This document shows positions 43,083 to 49,820 of a stretch of 49,820 bases of DNA, in pieces. The stretch is from Intoshia linei (taxonomy: Eukaryota > Animalia > Orthonectida): assembly GCA_001642005.1 (NCBI GenBank), contig LWCA01000127.1:1-49820 (forward strand). The letters are read 5' to 3'. The first letter of the stretch is position 1, and each line of letters opens with the position of its first letter. Position numbers and translations under genes: made by a program. A model generated the notes under the pieces. The model was not told the DNA's origin. It saw nothing but the letters and a program-made list of their open reading frames with translations, and did not search any database.

Positions 43083-44483
43083 TTAAATTTTGGTTGAGGT
43101 GGATATTAAATCTCGTTCAATGCTTTCAAGTGATTTTCCAAGAGTTTCAGGTAGACATTTATAAATGAGGTATGCTCCAAGTAGACAAAATAATGCGTAC
43201 ATTGTAAAATATGGTGATGCACCAATATAGGCAAGTAGTTTAATGTGGAAGTGGAGTAGGAAAAAACTAACTGTCCACGCAATAATGATGCAAATCATGG
43301 ATGCTTTAATTCTGATTCTAGTGGGCAACATTTCTGATAAAGCCAAGATTGGAACTGGACCCCATCCAACAGAGAACATGATAATATATAAAGAAAAGGC
43401 ACATGAAAAATAATAGAGTTTTGCACTAACCGTACAAGTTGCCATGAGAAACAATGAAAAAGACATTCCAATTCCACTAAAAATGACCAATTTTCGTCTT
43501 CCAACACGGTCAGCAATGAAAAAGGACGCTACCGTTGCTCCACATTGAACTATAGCGATAACGACAGTTTTTGAAGCAAGGTTCATAAGATTAAGTTGGT
43601 GTGTTTGAACGTCATTTACTACTGTAACATTATTGGAAACATTAATTTGCATTTGAATTGTATCGTAAATGGAAACTGCATGAAATAACATGACATTAAT
43701 ACCCGTCAATTGTTGTAGTGTCATAAGAATTATACCAACAATTAAAGTAGCTCGCAAAATTGGTTGAGTAAACATTGATAAAAATTTCACTTTTCCTTCA
43801 TTTGTCCGTGCTGATAAGTCAATATCTTCAAATTCTTCATCAAAACTACCTTGGCCAGGCCCCCGTAACCACAGCAAAGCTACACGAGCTTTAGTTCTTA
43901 AATTTGAAACCAATAAGTAGCGTGGTGATTCAGGAATTATAAAGGATCCACACAATCCAAGCATGCACAATATCAATGGTGGCAACGCATTATATCTAGG
44001 TGAAATGTAAGATCCTGATGAATATGCTGCAAGTATGCCTATACAAATAGATATTTGAGAACTAAACCCAGCTCTGCCTCTTAGATCTTTTGGAGATATT
44101 TCAACTAAATAGGTAGGTATAACTGTTATCATTAATCCAGAAGATAAGCCTGTTATAAAACGTCCAATATTGAGTAAATATATATGTGACAACAAACACG
44201 TCCAACCTACCACAGACATTAATAGTGTCACAATTACCCCCGGTTTTCTACCCAATCTTTCTGTAATTATTGCTGCCAATAGAATGCCAAATATTGTTCC
44301 AATAGTCATTAATGAAGTGAACCAGGAAGCATTTGTTTTATTTAAACTTCCTTCCGCTATTAATGCCGGGCCCATGTATGAGCTAAATCCAATTGTGTAT
44401 CCAAAGCTAAATCCCGCACAAAAGCATATAAAATATACGTATAATAAATTCTTTGTAATATAAGCAAATATGTTGAATCCCAT
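43083..44483 (-). CDS. Sugar porter family MFS transporter (SLC2A class III, GLUT8/Tret1-like), intronless, 466 aa
   Basis: About 12 hydrophobic segments. Motifs: ERLGRK, GRFITG, PTYLVEISP..LRG, PESPRYL, QQLTGIN, DRVGRR, GWGPVP, SEMLP and PETLGKSLESIE. Confidence 0.93.
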   Translation of the reverse strand: MGFNIFAYITKNLLYVYFICFCAGFSFGYTIGFSSYMGPALIAEGSLNKTNASWFTSLMTIGTIFGILLAAIITERLGRKPGVIVTLLMSVVGWTCLLSHIYLLNIGRFITGLSSGLMITVIPTYLVEISPKDLRGRAGFSSQISICIGILAAYSSGSYISPRYNALPPLILCMLGLCGSFIIPESPRYLLVSNLRTKARVALLWLRGPGQGSFDEEFEDIDLSARTNEGKVKFLSMFTQPILRATLIVGIILMTLQQLTGINVMLFHAVSIYDTIQMQINVSNNVTVVNDVQTHQLNLMNLASKTVVIAIVQCGATVASFFIADRVGRRKLVIFSGIGMSFSLFLMATCTVSAKLYYFSCAFSLYIIMFSVGWGPVPILALSEMLPTRIRIKASMICIIIAWTVSFFLLHFHIKLLAYIGASPYFTMYALFCLLGAYLIYKCLPETLGKSLESIERDLISTSTKI

Positions 44484-45064
44484 TTTTTATTTATTTTAAC
44501 TGTCGTCTTTATCGATTTGTTGAAATTTGATTTCAAATTTTTGAATATAACTTTAGGTTTGGAGTACTATTTCCAATAAAAACATTTGTTTATTTTGAAA
44601 TATTGATAATTGATGATAATAAGGTAATTGAATTGGCGATATCAATCAATACAGCAATTTCGCATATGGATTTTAATTACTAATTAATCAAAACAATATT
44701 TTATTGACATATTGATCTCTATTATTATTACATTGTACTACAGCATTGTATGAAAATAATTATTTTTACTAGGATGTAACGTGTAAATTGTAACCTAGTA
44801 ATCTCAATATTAGTATATTATTAGCTTGGGATTAACCCTTAGATACCAAAATATGTGAAATTTTAGAAATGACAAGATAAATAAAATGTAAGTACAAAAT
44901 GAGATTTCAATCTTAGGCATTAGACTATAAACACGCCCATTTATCTATTATTTTTAATTTTTTTGAAACGCATGAAATAATTTACATTGATGACATGTTA
45001 TTTTTGCTTGAAAATTTAATTGCTTAAGTGACCAAAAAAATATGTACTGTCACTTAGTTTAGTT

Positions 45065-45194
45065 AAAATAGCCAGAAAAATACGTACTATCAATTTTAGT
45101 TTAGTTGGAATAAATTTTAAGCCGACAATTTTTATTCGTCATCATAAATAAGTAGTTTTGACTTTACATTTTACGTATTTTTTCTGGCCACTTT
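45065..45194. mobile_element. About 130-bp Tc1/mariner-type MITE
   Basis: TIRs (A)GCCAGAAAAATACGTA...TACGTATTTTTCTGGCCACTTTA. Other copies lie at 42291-42400 (inverted, truncated) and about 29517-30288 (interrupted). Confidence 0.65.
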
Positions 45195-45327
45195 ATGAGT
45201 GGCAATATATTGAAAAAAAAGGCGCTAGGAATTGCCAGTCTTGATTTGAATTTGAACAATTTTAAAGCCTCTACTGGTTGGTTAAATTCTTTTTTTAACC
45301 AGAAATTCTTTAATCTTTAATCCAGAA

Positions 45328-47497
45328 ACAAACAGCACCTAGCTCTGCCGAGGGCACATTTTTATTATACCAAAAAAATAAATTCATGTTGAAAATCTAA
45401 CTTAAAAATCCTACTATTCACTATTATCAATCCTTTAAAGGAGTGGTTCCCAAATTTGTTTCAGGTGAAACCATCATTAGACATACATGTATGATTAATT
45501 CAAAAAATAACTTAATTGTAAATGTTTGTATGTTGGAACAATGAGAAAATATATATGACATCGTTTAATTCATTCAAAATTTGTCGAAACTCAAAAAGAC
45601 ATACGCAATAATTGAAAAGCTTTATTTTATAGATTTATAGATTATAGATTTATATAATATATACAGTAGTAGTTATAACATATTTTGTCGCAATAAATTT
45701 GTAATTCAACTATATATCACTCCTAGAGGCATCCCATAGTTCTGTCATCACTTTTATGCATTGCTCGGTAACAATATTTGTTCTAGGAACTTTAATAATA
45801 GAAGGTTCGAAATTCCAATGATTTAAAAAACACTTTTTTGCTTTAGGGTACTTTTCTAGTGCTATCTTCATACCACGTTAGAGAATTTCGTGAAAATACT
45901 AGTTATGAAACCACAATGAAAACTATTGATGAGATATAAAAGAGCACAACAATCTAAAGTCATCATTTTGGTGGCATTCAAAAATACAAAAATACGCAAT
46001 TAACGCATATATTGTAAGAAAGTTCCACCTAGCTATAAAAATTGACGGCAATTTACGCCATACAATTTTTGGAAAACAATTGTATCTTTCGAAAATTTTA
46101 AAAGCCTTTGTTAATTCATATAGAAACTTGAAATCCGCCAACACGTTCATCAGTATTTAGTTAATTGTTGTAAAGTATCATATCTTCTTGACATAACCAT
46201 TCAACATTTTTCTTAGTTATATCAAAAACTATTTTCATTGTATTTAAGAAATTTCCCTTGTTATCCTTCAAAAACTTTTCATATCTTTGCATCAACTTCA
46301 GTAGACGGGCTTTTACTTGTCGTTTTGTAATATGTGGAATCGAAAGTTTTTTTCAAAGTTCGATCAGCTCAATTGATACTTGTCCAGCGCGTTTACCTTT
46401 TGCCTTCATACTCTTTATTATGAAATACAGTCTTCCCAGTACCTCACTGTTCGTAGGTAATTTATGAAAATCGGCAAACAATGTAATAATAAATTCAATT
46501 AAACCTCTAATTTAATTCGTTTATGAAAAGAAACTAGATTGTTTGACCATATTTAACTAGCTCCTTCTATTGCAGACTTAGATTTCTTGTACATTACAGA
46601 ACTAAAATCAACTTCAGTATAATTTATTTGTATTAGTAATCATTGAAAAAATAAAATTATTATTCTGTGATAATATTGACTAATTGCGTATGCTATTTCA
46701 GTATTTTTAAAAAAATAATTATAAACATTTGTTAACAGTACCTTGGTATTAACAGTATTCCTCACAAAAATTTGATACAGAACATTTAAATTAAAAATAG
46801 TCATATGTCTAACCATCATATCACATTATTTTTTACTTTAAAGTGAATTGTTCCATCTTAATTTTTTGTTTGTTAAAATTTGCGTAAAGAATTTTAAAAA
46901 CAATTGTTATTTCACTTTTTTAATTTATTAAACAGAATGTGTCTAATATATTATAAATAAAGTAAAAACAGTCCAATCCTAAACATTGTCACAAATAGCA
47001 TAAATTCCAAAAAAAATAAAATTATAAAAACTTATTTTGTCATTTTCAATGTAATAACATATATTCAGTACCTATTTAATAAATACTTAAAAATACTAAT
47101 TGTGTATCAATAATTAACTGAATCTTCACTTTTGAACATTTCAGTCAAATTTTACCATAATTGTAAAGGATTGTAATATAATTATGATATTGACAAAATT
47201 GTTTTAATTTCGTTGTTGTAGTTTCTTATTTAAATTTGAATGTTTTAATAAAATTGTTGTGAAAATGACAATGTGAAATTTAAAAATTGCGTAGCAATGA
47301 AAAAAATTCCAAAGAAATGAATTAATAGATTTTCACCCATATGTCTTTATTGAAGATTTTTTAGACGTTACAATCCACATTTTTTTGAAATTGTAAGATC
47401 AATATTTACATTTTCAATTTTTATTTTACAAATTTAATTAAATTAAAATTTTTCACACACACAAACAAAAATCGCGTAGCATATTATATAAGTTAGA
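45328..47497 (-). mobile_element. Helitron family A copy interrupted by a DNA transposon
   Basis: The 3' region CAAACAGCACCTAGCTCTGCCGAGGGCAC is at about 45328. The body resumes at 46812, and the 5' end TTCTAACTTATATAATATGCTACGCG is at about 47497. Confidence 0.75.
45478..46811 (-). mobile_element. Degenerate hAT-superfamily (hATm-like) transposon nested in a Helitron
   Basis: 8-bp TSD ACCATCAT (45470-45477 and 46812-46819) and TIR TAGACATA...TATGTCTA. Minus-strand fragments read KLPTNSEVLGRLYF...ELIEL..KLSIPHIT, LPSIFIARWNFLTIYALIAYF and VPRTNIVTEQCIKVMTE. Confidence 0.8.
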
Positions 47498-47594
47498 ATG
47501 CCATATTTAACTGTGATGAAACCAGATATTATAAAAAAAAAAAAAATTGAAAATAGCAACAAAGTTACAAACTATTTTCCATTAAAAAAATAAA

Positions 47595-48846
47595 TCCTAA
47601 CCATTATAAAATGCGACGCGATTTTTGTTTGTGTGTGTGTGCGTGTCATTTATTGAAATAACTAGCACTCTTAGAATTTTTTAAAAACCACATTTCAATT
47701 ACAGTTTTTTCTGGGACGCATAATAAGATAAATTTCAACCTCCCAATTTCACATCCTAAGGGTCAAAAACCTCTGTTGTTCCTATTTTTGAAAATTAAAC
47801 GAGTTGGAGAATTTAATTAAATATATACGCTGATGCGAATTTTAAGATCATAAACATTATCATAAATTTAAATTTAAATTAATTATTTCTTCATGGCCAA
47901 AACCCCAAATTCCCCTCCTTTTTTTGAAAACAGCCCTAGAATTTAAAAAAAATTACAGGTGGTACAGTTGTATCCTGTTAACACACACCAAAAAATTTCA
48001 ATCCGAATAAGTGAAGACTTCACGGTCAAAAAAGCATTTTAGTATTCATATATTTTTTTTCCAAAATATTTTAAAACAAAAAATATCAAATGATTAACGG
48101 TCCGAAAATTTAAAAAAACGATTATTTTGATAGAGCTTATTCCCGTTGATATAAATACAAAATTTCAACCCCAGAAATCTACGCATTCCCAGTAAAAAAT
48201 AATTTTTAATATATTGTCAACCAATATTTTTCAAATATTTCGATTATAATCAAAAATTGAAAATGTAAATATTGATCCTACAATTTCAAAAAAAATGTGG
48301 ATTGTACGTCTACACATTTCCAATTATATGTAAAAATCGATATAATTCATTCCTTCGGAATTTTTTTTATTGTTACGCAATTTTTAAATTTCAAATTTTC
48401 ATTTTCCACACATTTTGAACAACATCTACGGCAACGAATTTATAAAAGTTTTAATATTAACTTAATTTAATTTAATTTGAAAATGCTAAAAAGAAAAGTA
48501 ACATTCACAAGAAAAAAAGCCAAAAGTATGGGACACATTTTTTATATTATACACACATTCTGTCTAATAAATTAAAAAAATGGGATAATAATTGTTTTTA
48601 AAATTCTTTACGCAAATGTTAAAAAAAAAATTAAGATGGAATAATTCACTTTAAAGTAAAAAGTAATGTGATATGACGGTTCCACCTGAAACAAATTTGG
48701 AAACCACTACTTTAAAGGATTGATAATAGTTAATAGTACAATTTTTAAGTTAGATTTTCAACATGAATTTATTTTTTTGTATAATAAAAGAGTGCCCTCA
48801 GCAGAGCTAGGTGCTTTTTGTACGTAGTACAAAACAGCCAAGCTAG
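47595..48846 (+). mobile_element. Non-autonomous Helitron family A, best-preserved copy (about 1.25 kb)
   Basis: 5' end A|TCCTAACCATTATAAAATGCG, 3' hairpin (GCTTTTTGTAC-GTA-GTACAAAACAGC), then CAAGCTAG|T. It sits between A and T with no TSD, the canonical Helitron termini. Confidence 0.85.
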
Positions 48847-49266
48847 TATTTATATATTTGTGTTAATATTTGCTTCATTTATTTATTAATTCATATTCAT
48901 TTTCATATATATAAAACCAACTAAATATTCTAAATATCCCATCCTTTGACATTCATATTGTACAGAAACCGCTGTATTCATAAACATATAAATCTATGTA
49001 GTAATTATTTAATGTAATATTAGTAGTTTAATAATTTTTAGGCTTTGAAGAGATTAATATGAGTAACATTTAATGAGCACTTCTTTTTGAATTCTTTTTT
49101 CTATTGGAGTGTCGTTTCTTCATAATACCTATTTACAATTATTAATTAATTGAGATATTAAAATAATTATTACTCTTAATGTTACTTCTTTTTTTAACGT
49201 GATTATTACTATTTCCATAAGTTTGAACATTGTCAACTAAAATAATGTTATAAATATTATAACATA

Positions 49267-49550
49267 TTAAGTTGAGTGTTATGTACTACGTACAAACAGC
49301 ACCTAGCTCTGCCGAGGGCACATTCTACTAAAAAAATAAATCACTTTGAAAATCTTACTATTCACTATTATCAATCTTTTAAAAGTATGGTTCCCAAATT
49401 TGTTTCAGGTGGAACCGTCTTATCACATTTTATTAAATTAAATTACATTAAATTAGATTTTCAACGTGAATTTATTTTTTAAGTATAATAAAAATGTGCA
49501 CTCGGCAGAGCTAGGTCCTGTTTGTACGTAGTACATAACACTCAGCCTAG
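49267..49550. repeat. Fold-back repeat formed by two outward-facing Helitron 3' ends
   Basis: 49267-49350 is an imperfect reverse complement of about 49457-49550. The right end is CCTAG|T. Confidence 0.85.
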
Positions 49551-49704
49551 TATTTGTATATCTTGGTTATATCAAAAATTGGTTAAACTGTAAAGATCCA
49601 ATCGTTTTTTAATAATAAAAAAAAATTTATAATAATAACACGTTGCTTCCAAAAATGACATTGAATTTTTACAAGTTGGGAATTAATACTTAAAGTATCA
49701 ATAA

Positions 49705-49820
49705 TTAAATTCGACCTGAAACCACTGCAGGATCTACATATGTTGAAGGCATAATTATTGCCATAGGAGGAACGTATCCAGATTCACCTAAAACCACTGC
49801 AGGATCTGCATATGTTGAAG
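49705..49820 (-). CDS. Probable 3' end of a protein with 24-aa tandem repeats (truncated by the window edge)
   Basis: 72-bp period (AAACCACTGCAGGATCT at 49719 and 49791), GC-richer than the flanks. The minus frame reads STYADPAVVLGESGYVPPMAIIMP-STYVDPAVVSGRI*, with TAA at 49705-49707. Confidence 0.45.
   Translation of the reverse strand, partial: STYADPAVVLGESGYVPPMAIIMPSTYVDPAVVSGRI

Noticed and set aside
42291-45194. Inverted ~100-bp repeats flanking the intronless sugar porter, suggesting a composite or Pack-type transposon
   Set aside because: They are copies of a dispersed ~130-bp MITE, with another at about 29517-30288. The left copy is truncated and I saw no shared TSD around the pair.
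49705-49820. Repeat-spacer-repeat pattern that could be read as a CRISPR array
   Set aside because: Eukaryotic context with no cas genes. The exact 72-bp codon-phased period fits a tandem repeat cut by the window edge.

Overview
Very AT-rich eukaryotic genomic DNA, apparently animal. It has spliceosomal GT-AG introns as short as 32-41 nt alongside TE-inflated introns of 0.7-2.2 kb. This architecture resembles compact invertebrate parasite genomes such as the orthonectid Intoshia, but that is a guess. I reconstructed seven protein genes by hand with phase-consistent exons: CCDC86/Cgr1 (+), fructose-bisphosphate aldolase (-), CCDC112-like (-), GOLGA7 (-), GMPPA (-), UGP2 (+) and an intronless class III sugar porter (-). 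There is also a tRNA-Lys(CTT), a candidate orphan 3-exon gene and the 3' end of a probable tandem-repeat protein gene at the window edge. Much of the rest is decayed transposons: a dominant non-autonomous Helitron family (more than 10 copies), hAT elements and MITEs with 8-bp TSDs, and Tigger/pogo, Tc1/IS630-like and LTR relics. The most notable observation is that four of the seven genes are hexose or nucleotide-sugar genes within 35 kb, with GMPPA and UGP2 head-to-head. The adjacent sugar porter has non-canonical sugar-binding residues. CCDC86 and aldolase stop codons are only 33 bp apart, and there is a fold-back element built from two Helitron 3' ends.
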